Assembly: GCA_029259115.1 (NCBI GenBank) | Contig: JAPDJO010000002.1 | Coordinates: forward strand, 27,937-51,936 | Source: Thermoplasmatota archaeon | GTDB taxonomy: Archaea; Thermoplasmatota; E2; DHVEG-1; B18-G2 | DNA: 24,000 nt | Reading direction: 5' to 3' | In this document: positions 7,782 to 16,147 of the stretch, in pieces | Position numbering within the stretch: position 1 is the stretch's first letter | Layout of the letters: each line of letters opens with the position of its first letter | Program-made: the position numbers and the translations under genes | Notes under the pieces: model-generated | What the model saw: the letters and a program-made list of their open reading frames with translations, nothing else | The model's database searches: none | Told to the model about the DNA's origin: nothing

Positions 7782-9553
7782 ATGTAACTACCAAGGAATG
7801 TCGTCACAACAAAGCTTGTTATGCTGACTATCCAGACCATTGGAACAAAGTATAGAAGCGTTATTAATAGGTGACTCCCCCTCAGTTCTTTAATTGTTAA
7901 GGACAAAATCAAACAATGGATAACCAAGACGAGAAACACGACATAGAATATATTAGAAAATATCTGTGGAGGAACCGTAGTTAAGATCGCCCCTATATTT
8001 ATCTGCTGTAGATTTTTAAAGGGCTCTCCTGCCTCAAGCCATATCTCGTTGAGATGCTGCGCAATAACTAGAGATACGTATATAGAGAAAGCAATCCCAA
8101 AGGTTATTCCTAGGAAAAGGGAGACAGTAGTTTTTATTATTGATAACTTTTTCAATCTTAAATCCCTTATCTTTCTTATATTCTCTGTTATCATCCTAGC
8201 CACATCTCTTGGATTAGCGGCGGCATAGGTTGCTTCTCTGAACATCTCACTACCCCTTTGTATGTAATTGCTACACGTATCTACGCCAAACCATTCCCAT
8301 GCTGCATCATCATCTATTCTTGTGCTCAATCTTTTGTAAAGATTTCTTATGTGCGGAGTTAATATTCCATAATCCTTTTCGCTCAGATATTTCACGGATT
8401 CGTTTATCTTTCCTCCCTTCATTGCAGAGATAGAACCGAGTGCGGGTAAGAATCCAAGGAAGTTTCTCTCCCTTCTGAATATATTCTGTTCTTCGATGAA
8501 TGTTTTTATCCCAGGTATAATCAACGGAGTCAAAGCTATTGAAACAAGTATCTCATTTGGTATCAAGCTGAAAATTTGATAACCAGAAAATTTCAGATAA
8601 AATAGAAAAATGCCCAAGACTACAGATACCATGATAGATAAGAAAAATAGTCTGTAAAGATTCTTTTCAGTTTCACTTTTCTCTCCGGTCTGGGGCCATA
8701 TCTCATCAGCGGGCATCATGGATTTGAGCAAATAAAGAAGCAATCCTTCGGTTGCTATTAATGCAAACGCTGAACCATAAACAAAAGTGTTCATGTCTGC
8801 TGTACCCATTATCATTGGTAGAACCAATCCGAAAGACATTACGAAAACAATAGATATTAATAGACTAACATAGACCTCATTCAGTATAGTTAGATTTTCA
8901 TTTGCAGACTCATACATGGTCTTGTATTCTTCCATGACTGCGCCCTGCTCCTGCTCTATAAATTCTCTGTGACTAACTCCACTAACTAAACTTTGAGAAA
9001 ACCTATCTAGAAAATCCCTGAGCATTTTGCTAGGCGTTCTCTCTGATATGAATCTAAAGGCTCTAGCTAGGGGAACCTTCCACTGGGTAGAGAGGATACT
9101 TATCTTTCTTATCTCATCCCCTAGACTCTTGTAAACCTTTCTTTTTTCACCGATTGTATTGATGATATCCTTCAGGGATAGATCAGATATAGCAAGAACC
9201 CTTAGATGGGTTATAAAGAAATGCATCTTTCCGTTAATCTCGTTTTCTCTGTTCTTCCAGCTAATGTAGGGATATAGTATACTCAAGACAATGATTATAA
9301 GCCCGACACTTGGAAAGGCAATAGGATTTAGAGTTATTGAGAGGTATTTGTTTAGAGTAAACGGAAATATAATTAAAAATATCCCAAAGGCTAAGGAGGG
9401 TAGAAGATTCTTTTTGATAAATCCTTCAAAATCTTCTAAATTTCTATAGGCTATCCTTAGATCTTTGATAAAGCCACTCTTTTCTCCTCCTTCCTCTAAC
9501 TTTTTTTCCTTTTTGATTAGTAGTTTTCTCCTCTTATTTCCCTCCTCAACCAT
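7778..9553 (-). CDS. arlJ: Archaellum polytopic membrane platform protein ArlJ (FlaJ)
   Basis: 591 aa with many transmembrane helices separated by two cytoplasmic TadC/GspF-like domains. It is the last gene of the accessory operon, directly after arlI. Confidence 0.88.
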   Translation of the reverse strand: MVEEGNKRRKLLIKKEKKLEEGGEKSGFIKDLRIAYRNLEDFEGFIKKNLLPSLAFGIFLIIFPFTLNKYLSITLNPIAFPSVGLIIIVLSILYPYISWKNRENEINGKMHFFITHLRVLAISDLSLKDIINTIGEKRKVYKSLGDEIRKISILSTQWKVPLARAFRFISERTPSKMLRDFLDRFSQSLVSGVSHREFIEQEQGAVMEEYKTMYESANENLTILNEVYVSLLISIVFVMSFGLVLPMIMGTADMNTFVYGSAFALIATEGLLLYLLKSMMPADEIWPQTGEKSETEKNLYRLFFLSIMVSVVLGIFLFYLKFSGYQIFSLIPNEILVSIALTPLIIPGIKTFIEEQNIFRRERNFLGFLPALGSISAMKGGKINESVKYLSEKDYGILTPHIRNLYKRLSTRIDDDAAWEWFGVDTCSNYIQRGSEMFREATYAAANPRDVARMITENIRKIRDLRLKKLSIIKTTVSLFLGITFGIAFSIYVSLVIAQHLNEIWLEAGEPFKNLQQINIGAILTTVPPQIFSNIFYVVFLVLVIHCLILSLTIKELRGSHLLITLLYFVPMVWIVSITSFVVTTFLGSYI

Positions 9554-9562
9554 ATTTCAAAC

Positions 9563-11218
9563 CTATACATCTATTGGAAGACCATCTACACCTTCCCTGT
9601 AATATGTCCATATAACCTTGACAACTTCGTAATAATCTAAGATATCTTCCTCGACCATCCTTTCTAATATTTTTTGCCTAAGATCAAATTCTTCGTATAT
9701 TTCTGTTGGATCTGCATATCCTGCGTTCCTCGCTATCTTTTCTTCTAAAATGTAACTATTCTTGTAAGCCACAAATCTATGGACATCCTCTAAAGGATCC
9801 CATTCGAAAGCCTTTCTAGCCATAATTCCGTCTGCTTCTCTGTTATATCCCTCTATCTCATCTACAGATATGCATCTTCTAACTTTCTTTCCTTTCCTCT
9901 CAACGGCAGACTGTATGAGAACAACATCCAGATTATCCATAAATGTCTTCGGAACGTTTATGGGATCGCTCGTAAACCTCTGTATAACCTTCGTTACACT
10001 GCCAGCATGAAATGTAGTCATAACAGGATGTCCAGTCTGCATCGCTTGGAATACTATGTTGCCTTCTGCACCTCTAACTTCACCAGGTATTATATAGTCA
10101 GGTCTTGATCTTAAAGCAGCTACTAATAGATCAAATAAATCTACTCTACTTTCTTCTGGCCCTGTTGTTTTTGTTAGTAGCCTTTGCCACACCTCATGAG
10201 GAACTTTCAGCTCTGGGGTTGTCTCTGCTGTGTATATCTTTTTCTCTGGCGGTATAAAAGGAATAAAAGCATTCATGGTAGTGGTTTTTCCGCATGCTGT
10301 CTCTCCGCATAGAAAGATATTTCTACCATACTGTAGGCATATCCAGAAATAGGCAGCTATTCCTGCGGATATCGTCTTCCATTTAATAAGCTGGGTTACG
10401 CTTATTGGTACTTCCGTGAACTTTCTTATGCTCATGCTTGGTCCTTTTATGCTCACAGCTGAGCTATATATTATATTAGCCCTGCTACCATCTGGAAGGA
10501 TACCATCGGATATGGGTTTAGCTTCGCTGACAGGATTACCCATTTTTTCACTTAAAGCTCTCGAAAATTTTGGAGCTTCATCTTTGGGTATCAGAATATT
10601 TGTTTTGATCATCCCAAATACTTTGTGAATAAGATGAACATATTCTCCAGTTATGACGTGTATATCTTCTATATACGGATCCCTCATAAAAGGTTCAAGA
10701 GGCCCTCCTCCAACTAAGGTCTTGTATATATCATATTCTATCTTTTCTTTCTCCAGTGGTGTAAGATATACTTTGCTCTCGTTTTTTCCGAACAGCTTAA
10801 GAAGACTTTTCTGGGATTTCAGTTTTATATTGCTCTCTGTTGTTACAACAATCTCATCTAACAATTCTTTCAATATCTTTTTCAGATCCTCATCATTATC
10901 TGCTGCATTCTTCCTTACGACCTCCTTTAACATAAGCTTCATTATCTTTTCTTTCTTTTCTTTCTCCTCATCATTCAAAGAAGGCTCTATCGCATGATAC
11001 TCTATCTCTTCCATCCCAGGCAGTCTATAGATGTGAACAAAAACATTTCCTTTGGTTGGGTATATTATGTTTGGATACTTCTCTTCGCTTAGTTCCATTG
11101 GAGGAGCTTTAAGAAATTTTGGTGTATCCATTTTTTCCTTTATCTTGTCGAGATATTCCTTCAAGTGGGGATTCTGTTGGATTATCTTTTCGATTTCCTC
11201 CCTCTCCATTTCATACAT
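9563..11218 (-). CDS. arlI: Archaellum motor/assembly ATPase ArlI (FlaI), distal paralogue
   Basis: 551 aa of the type II/IV secretion ATPase family. Walker A is GETACGKTT and the Walker B region is RSRPDYIIPGEVRG, followed by FQAMQTGHPVMTTFHAGS. It is about 70 percent identical (by eye) to the neighbouring copy. Confidence 0.9.
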   Translation of the reverse strand: MYEMEREEIEKIIQQNPHLKEYLDKIKEKMDTPKFLKAPPMELSEEKYPNIIYPTKGNVFVHIYRLPGMEEIEYHAIEPSLNDEEKEKKEKIMKLMLKEVVRKNAADNDEDLKKILKELLDEIVVTTESNIKLKSQKSLLKLFGKNESKVYLTPLEKEKIEYDIYKTLVGGGPLEPFMRDPYIEDIHVITGEYVHLIHKVFGMIKTNILIPKDEAPKFSRALSEKMGNPVSEAKPISDGILPDGSRANIIYSSAVSIKGPSMSIRKFTEVPISVTQLIKWKTISAGIAAYFWICLQYGRNIFLCGETACGKTTTMNAFIPFIPPEKKIYTAETTPELKVPHEVWQRLLTKTTGPEESRVDLFDLLVAALRSRPDYIIPGEVRGAEGNIVFQAMQTGHPVMTTFHAGSVTKVIQRFTSDPINVPKTFMDNLDVVLIQSAVERKGKKVRRCISVDEIEGYNREADGIMARKAFEWDPLEDVHRFVAYKNSYILEEKIARNAGYADPTEIYEEFDLRQKILERMVEEDILDYYEVVKVIWTYYREGVDGLPIDV

Positions 11219-11233
11219 GTTTCTTTCACTTTC

Positions 11234-12880
11234 TCATATCGAGAAAGGTAGACCATCTATCCCCTCTCTATAATAACTCCAGACTATCTTCACAACCTCA
11301 TAGTAATCCATTATCCCCTCTTCCACCATTCTTTCAAGTATTTTCTTCCTTAGATCAAACTCTTCGTAGATCTGCATCCTGTCTTCGAAGCCCGCATTCT
11401 TTGCGATTTTTTCCTCTAGGATATAGCTATTTCTGTTAGCCCTAAATAGATGAGTATCATCTACGGGATTCCACTCAAATGCTCTTCTTGACATGATCGC
11501 ATCTACTTCCTTGTTATATCCCTCTATCTCTTCTACAGATAATACTCTTCTTATCCTTTTCCCTTTCCTGTCTACCGCCATCTGTATCAGTATAACATCC
11601 AGATTATCCATGAAAGGCTTCGGTATATTTATTGGATGTCCGGTAAACCTCTGTATAACCTTCGTTACACTGCCAGCGTGAAATGTTGTTATAACAGGAT
11701 GTCCAGTCTGCATCGCTTGGAAGACAACCCTTGCTTCTATACCTCTCACCTCACCAGGTATTATATAGTCAGGTCTCGATCTGAGGGCTGCATCCAGAAG
11801 ATCTATAAGCTCAACATGACTCTCCTTTGGGCCTGTTGACCTAGTCAAAAGCTGTTGCCAGACTGGATGAGGAACATGAACTTCTGGTGTGTTTTCTGCT
11901 GTATAGATCTTCTTCTCTGGAGGTATAAATGGAATTATTGCATTGGTAGTGGTAGTCTTTCCAGAAGCTGTTTCGCCGCATACAAAAACACTCCTACCAT
12001 ATTGTAAGCACAGCCACAAGTATGCAGCTATTCCTGCACTCATCGTTCCCCATTTAATAAGTTGGGTTACACTTATTGGTGTCTCGCTGAACTTTCTTAT
12101 GGTCATTGTTGGACCTTTTAGGCTTACATCTTTGCTGTGAATTATATTAACTCTACTGCCATCTGGTAATGTACCATCTGCTATGGGTTGTCCTTCGCTG
12201 ACCGGACTACCTATCTTTTCACTAAACTCTTGGGAAAAGGTAGGTGCCCACTCCTCATCTATGAATATATTTGTCTTTACCATCTCAAACACTTTATGTA
12301 CAAGATGAACATGTTGTCCAGTTATGACATGAACATCTTCTATATATGGATCTCTCATAAAAGGTTCAAGAGGCCCTCCCCCTATGATACTCTTAACTAT
12401 ATCATATTCTATCTTTTCTCTTTCAATAGGTGTAAGAACGATCTTTTCTCCTTTGAACTTGCCAAATAATCCTTTCTTTTCCTCTATATCTCCTTTCTTT
12501 TCAGAAACTACAACTATCTTATCCATCATCTTTTTTATGAGTTCTCTTATTTCCTCATTCGTCCTCATTTCTTTCTTTTTTATCGCTTCTTCATAAAGCC
12601 TTTCCATAATCATATCTCTTTTCTTCTTCTCCTCATCATTCAAAGAAGGTTCTATCGCATGATACTCTATCTCTTCCATCCCAGGTAGTCTATAGATATG
12701 GATAAAGACCGTGCCTTTGGTTGGATATATCAAGTTAGGGTACTTTTCATCTCTCAGTTCTCTAGGAACCTGACTGTAGAATCTTGGAAAATCCATCTTG
12801 TCCTTTATGCTTTCTAGATATTCTTTTAAATGAGGATTCTGCTGAATCAATTTCTTAACCTCTTCTTCGTTCATTATCAT
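11234..12880 (-). CDS. arlI: Archaellum motor/assembly ATPase ArlI (FlaI), proximal paralogue
   Basis: 548 aa. Walker A is GETASGKTT and the Walker B region is RSRPDYIIPGEVRG, followed by FQAMQTGHPVITTFHAGS. It directly follows arlH. Confidence 0.9.
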   Translation of the reverse strand: MIMNEEEVKKLIQQNPHLKEYLESIKDKMDFPRFYSQVPRELRDEKYPNLIYPTKGTVFIHIYRLPGMEEIEYHAIEPSLNDEEKKKRDMIMERLYEEAIKKKEMRTNEEIRELIKKMMDKIVVVSEKKGDIEEKKGLFGKFKGEKIVLTPIEREKIEYDIVKSIIGGGPLEPFMRDPYIEDVHVITGQHVHLVHKVFEMVKTNIFIDEEWAPTFSQEFSEKIGSPVSEGQPIADGTLPDGSRVNIIHSKDVSLKGPTMTIRKFSETPISVTQLIKWGTMSAGIAAYLWLCLQYGRSVFVCGETASGKTTTTNAIIPFIPPEKKIYTAENTPEVHVPHPVWQQLLTRSTGPKESHVELIDLLDAALRSRPDYIIPGEVRGIEARVVFQAMQTGHPVITTFHAGSVTKVIQRFTGHPINIPKPFMDNLDVILIQMAVDRKGKRIRRVLSVEEIEGYNKEVDAIMSRRAFEWNPVDDTHLFRANRNSYILEEKIAKNAGFEDRMQIYEEFDLRKKILERMVEEGIMDYYEVVKIVWSYYREGIDGLPFSI

Positions 12881-12889
12881 TTTATCACC

Positions 12890-13603
12890 TCAGAATGCAA
12901 CCGCTGAAGTTTCTATTGTTAAACCTATACCTGGTCTTACTGAGAAGGTTGTTACTGGCTCATACCTATGCCTTGCACCATTGAACTTTTTGAGATAGAT
13001 ATTATGCACAATTCCCAAACCTGGCTTAGTTTCTCTAGTTACTAAGAAGTGAAGATCTGATATCATCCTAAACTCGTGATTTATCTCTTCATCCCACTCC
13101 TTCGGATTCATAGTAATAAATATGATCTTTCCAGATCCCGTTAATCTGTTAAAGAAGCTGATCAACTCTACAAGATTCTCTTTGTTTAAACTCTCCTTGA
13201 GCAGGGTAGATAGTGAATCTATGAAAATTATCTCTGGCTCAAAGAGTTTTTTAGCTGTTATAAGAGATTTAAAAAAGGTATTTCTTGGTAAAGTTTCAGC
13301 TAGCATAACCTCCGTTGAAATGAAAAACAGCTTGCCGGACATCAGATATTCTTTCATATCATATCCAACAGAAGCGACCTGGCGAAGAAAACCCTTAACA
13401 GTATATTGCGTTGATACATAGGAGCAAGTATGTCCATTTTTAAGAAAACTGTAACAGAATCTCTGGCAAAATATGCTTTTTCCTGTGCCTTCTTCACCCT
13501 CTATCAAAACTAAAGAACCATCTGGTATAGCCTGACCAAATCTCTGCTCAAATCCATCCTTCTCTCCTCCTCTTTCGAGTACTATGGATTTATAGGTCGG
13601 CAT
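12890..13603 (-). CDS. arlH: Archaellum KaiC/RecA-like ATP-binding protein ArlH (FlaH)
   Basis: 237 aa with Walker A GEEGTGKS and the Walker B-like IIFIDSLS. It occupies the canonical position between arlG and arlI. Confidence 0.88.
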   Translation of the reverse strand: MPTYKSIVLERGGEKDGFEQRFGQAIPDGSLVLIEGEEGTGKSIFCQRFCYSFLKNGHTCSYVSTQYTVKGFLRQVASVGYDMKEYLMSGKLFFISTEVMLAETLPRNTFFKSLITAKKLFEPEIIFIDSLSTLLKESLNKENLVELISFFNRLTGSGKIIFITMNPKEWDEEINHEFRMISDLHFLVTRETKPGLGIVHNIYLKKFNGARHRYEPVTTFSVRPGIGLTIETSAVAF

Positions 13604-13612
13604 CCCATCACC

Positions 13613-14065
13613 TCATATCTCAAAGTTAAACTCATCATAGACCCCTCTTGGACCAACAAGCTTTAGTTTATGGTTTCCAGAAGTTATTTCCGTGGATGAT
13701 ATGTATAGAGTTACCACATCTGACTGTAAAACATAGTTAGAAGAGAAGTAATAGTTGCTTTTTCCAATGATATTTCCATCTACGAAGACCTGAAATGTAT
13801 CATTTGTTGTTTCTATCTTCTTATCACCTATATTTTTAACATAGAAAAGATAATATCCAGCTGATATCGGTATATTTTCTGGATCATTTATGATCTCAAA
13901 GTCTGTGTCTAGCTTATCTTTGAGCCTATCACATTTCTCTGTCAGACTTTTACTTATGTCCATGGTTACAGCGGTGAATATTCCAGATACTGCTCCAGCT
14001 ACGATTACAGCTGCGATGAAGAAAACTATGTGAGTTCCCGTCAAACTGAAACCCATCCTAATCAC
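13613..14065 (-). CDS. arlG: Archaellum stator/periplasmic protein ArlG (FlaG)
   Basis: 150 aa with an N-terminal hydrophobic archaellin-like helix (GTHIVFFIAAVIVAGAVSGIF) followed by a beta-rich domain. The F-versus-G assignment rests on gene order. Confidence 0.75.
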   Translation of the reverse strand: MIRMGFSLTGTHIVFFIAAVIVAGAVSGIFTAVTMDISKSLTEKCDRLKDKLDTDFEIINDPENIPISAGYYLFYVKNIGDKKIETTNDTFQVFVDGNIIGKSNYYFSSNYVLQSDVVTLYISSTEITSGNHKLKLVGPRGVYDEFNFEI

Positions 14066-14488
14066 CTATGCACTATACGTCTCATAATCGCTAATCCCAT
14101 TTCCAGTGACAACTTTTACTCTTACTAAACCAGTATAGGTAAGATTTGTTATGTTGAGAATAACTGTATTTTCAGGATAGAGATAGGGAAGGTTATAATC
14201 GAAGTCCTCGATAGTTCCATTTACTATAACCGTGAAATCCTTAACCTCCAAGCTTACACTACCTGTATTTTCCACTTTTATAGAAATATTATAAGGTTTG
14301 CCCGGGCTTTTAGTTACATTTGTTATCTCTATATCCGTATTTGCTCTCTCTACGATTCTATCTTCCAATTTTTTGTAAGATCTTTCCAACTCAGATGCAG
14401 CCGGAAGAACACTACTCGAGAATATATCTATACATACAACTAGGCATACACCTAGTATTGCGAATGCCGCTGATGTTGAGAATCCCAT
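14066..14488 (-). CDS. arlF: Archaellum stator/S-layer-binding protein ArlF (FlaF)
   Basis: 140 aa with the MGFSTSAAFAILGVCLVV N-terminus followed by a beta-sandwich-like region. Its stop abuts the arlG start. Confidence 0.75.
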   Translation of the reverse strand: MGFSTSAAFAILGVCLVVCIDIFSSSVLPAASELERSYKKLEDRIVERANTDIEITNVTKSPGKPYNISIKVENTGSVSLEVKDFTVIVNGTIEDFDYNLPYLYPENTVILNITNLTYTGLVRVKVVTGNGISDYETYSA

Positions 14489-14517
14489 CCGTACCCCCCA
14501 AAGTTTGAGGCTTTTAT

Positions 14518-15285
14518 CTATTGAAAGGAAAGATTCTCAAGATTCTTGCTAAGTTTACTCAAATCTCTCTCTATTTTTCCTATGAAGTGCTCATCTATCT
14601 CGTTACCTTTCAACTTCTGTATGTAAAGGAATGATTGAATGTGATCCTTTGCTACAAGATTTCTTCTCTCGCTGGTTTCTTCTGTTATCCCTTCACAGTA
14701 CTCAAGTAACTTTACCTTTACATCATCTGTTATCCATCCAATATCGACGTAGTAATCTAAAACCTTGGAAATGTTATCTTTTCCTACTCTATCCACGAGG
14801 TATTGTAGCCACTTCATTACTATTACAACACCTTCTGGATCATTTGGTAGGGAATCCAAAGTAGATGCTCTGAACTCTATCTTTTCTTCTCCAGGAATCC
14901 TTATATCTTCTGGCTTGCTTTCCTTGATTTTTACATCCACATTTTTCATCCACTCGTCCTGCATCCTTTCTAGTCTCTCCACTCTTTGATGAAGATTCTC
15001 TAAAGTCTGAAGGAATTTGTTCATCTCTTCAGCAGGCTGAAATGATGTTGTGCTTGGAGGAGTTGATGGCTGAGATGTAGATGAAGTTTGTGTGGACTTC
15101 TCTCTCAGATATGAATTTATCTTATCAACTAATTTATAAAGTTGATCCTTGGTTAAAGTTAAATTTTTCTCTTTCACCTTCTCTTTTATCTTTTCAGCTA
15201 TTGATGGCGTTATTCTACCCTGAGCAACGAGGGCAGAGAGTTCTGCGCCTAGCTCAAATTTTTCAACCAAATCCTTATCACTCAT
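14518..15285 (-). CDS. arlD: Archaellum accessory protein ArlD/E (FlaD/E family)
   Basis: 255 aa. The C-terminal LPNDPEGVVIVMKWLQYLVDRVGKDNISKVLDYYVDIGWITDDVKVKLLEY matches the FlaD/E domain signature (W-L-x-x-L ... YY-x-x-I-G-W-I). A Ser/Thr/Pro linker and an N-terminal helical region precede it. Confidence 0.85.
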   Translation of the reverse strand: MSDKDLVEKFELGAELSALVAQGRITPSIAEKIKEKVKEKNLTLTKDQLYKLVDKINSYLREKSTQTSSTSQPSTPPSTTSFQPAEEMNKFLQTLENLHQRVERLERMQDEWMKNVDVKIKESKPEDIRIPGEEKIEFRASTLDSLPNDPEGVVIVMKWLQYLVDRVGKDNISKVLDYYVDIGWITDDVKVKLLEYCEGITEETSERRNLVAKDHIQSFLYIQKLKGNEIDEHFIGKIERDLSKLSKNLENLSFQ

Positions 15286-16024
15286 TTTTTACCTCCTCCA
15301 AAAACCTATCAATCACATCATCTATACTATCTTCCAACATTAACGTTGATATTGCTTTTTCTACAACATCATCGAGTTTCATAGAACTACCCGATAATGT
15401 AGGAGTAACCTCTGTAGCCATCCCTGTAGTCTCAGTAGATCTATCTGTCGGTATTTTACCAACAAGTATTTCCAAATCTTCTAGCCTGCTTTTTATCTTC
15501 TCAAACTCTTCTGTGAATTTCTCTAGAGCTTCTAGCCTCTGCTTTGTTACTTTTGATAAACCAACAAATGGATTCATTTGTTCAGAGACTATTTCGTATA
15601 GGCTTACCAAATCATCTAAATCCTTGTTGAGATTCTCTATTCGATTCTCGAGATCCTTTATCATGTCCCTATTTTTTGATATTTCGACTTCCAACTTAGA
15701 CAATTGTTTATCTAAGTTTGGTAAGATGTTGGTAGCTGGTACTTGTGGTTGCGATTGTTTATCTTCCTCCTTGACTGGGGCAGGAGTTATCTCCTTTTCC
15801 TTGGTTTCTAAGGTTACATCTTGTTGCTCTTCCTGCTCCTTCCTGCTCTCGGTTTCTTCTGAAGAACTTTCCTTCTTCTCGAATTTCAACATTTTCCTAG
15901 TTCCGTCTCCAAGATCAACCTCTTTTACCATAACTTCTTCCTTGTTTTCTTTTATCTCCCCCTCCTCTTTCCCTTTCCTAAACTTTAACTTTATACTAAC
16001 CCCTCCACCTCCGTTTTTAAACAA
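15278..16024 (-). CDS. arlC: Archaellum accessory protein ArlC (FlaC family)
   Basis: 248 aa. A coiled coil ends in DDLVSLYEIVSEQMNPFVGL, the FlaC signature (YE-x-V-x-x-x-x-NPF). The start is uncertain: the track start is TTG at 16024, and the first ATG is at 15931 (Met32). It overlaps arlD/E by 8 nt. Confidence 0.8.
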   Translation of the reverse strand: MFKNGGGGVSIKLKFRKGKEEGEIKENKEEVMVKEVDLGDGTRKMLKFEKKESSSEETESRKEQEEQQDVTLETKEKEITPAPVKEEDKQSQPQVPATNILPNLDKQLSKLEVEISKNRDMIKDLENRIENLNKDLDDLVSLYEIVSEQMNPFVGLSKVTKQRLEALEKFTEEFEKIKSRLEDLEILVGKIPTDRSTETTGMATEVTPTLSGSSMKLDDVVEKAISTLMLEDSIDDVIDRFLEEVKNE

Positions 16025-16030
16025 TTAGGT

Positions 16031-16049
16031 AATATCTATATCAGATATT
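16031..16049. promoter_or_regulatory. Inverted repeat AATATCT-N5-AGATATT abutting the TATA-like element of the divergent arlC / PAS-protein promoter region
   Basis: The 7-bp arms at 16031-16037 and 16043-16049 are perfect reverse complements. The adjacent TTTATATTTTTA (16048-16059) is TATA-like on both strands. Confidence 0.3.
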
Positions 16050-16147
16050 TATATTTTTACCTCATCTCTCTGTTTGCAGGAAAAATCTTTTAAAATCTAA
16101 TAGCCTAACTGAATTGGAGGAGGAGTTTAACACGGAGGTTAAAATAG

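Noticed and set aside
10416-12596. Multiple 60-114-aa + strand ORFs inside the two arlI genes (e.g. 10653-10997, 11119-11439, 12188-12469)
   Set aside because: They are antisense to strongly conserved ATPase coding sequence and have low-complexity or Ser/Phe-rich translations. The ORF at 11119-11439, which spans the arlI junction, has no start context.
9563-12880. Possibility that the arlI duplication is an assembly artefact or a mobile-element-mediated repeat
   Set aside because: The copies differ at roughly 30 percent of residues and have different lengths and different flanks. No transposase, integrase or terminal repeats are nearby. This is a genuine, old tandem duplication.
15081-16028. 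315-aa + strand ORF antisense to arlD/E and arlC
   Set aside because: It is Ser/Leu/Phe-rich and low in complexity. That is the expected mirror image of Glu/Lys-rich coiled-coil coding sequence on the minus strand. The minus-strand genes carry clear FlaC and FlaD/E signatures.
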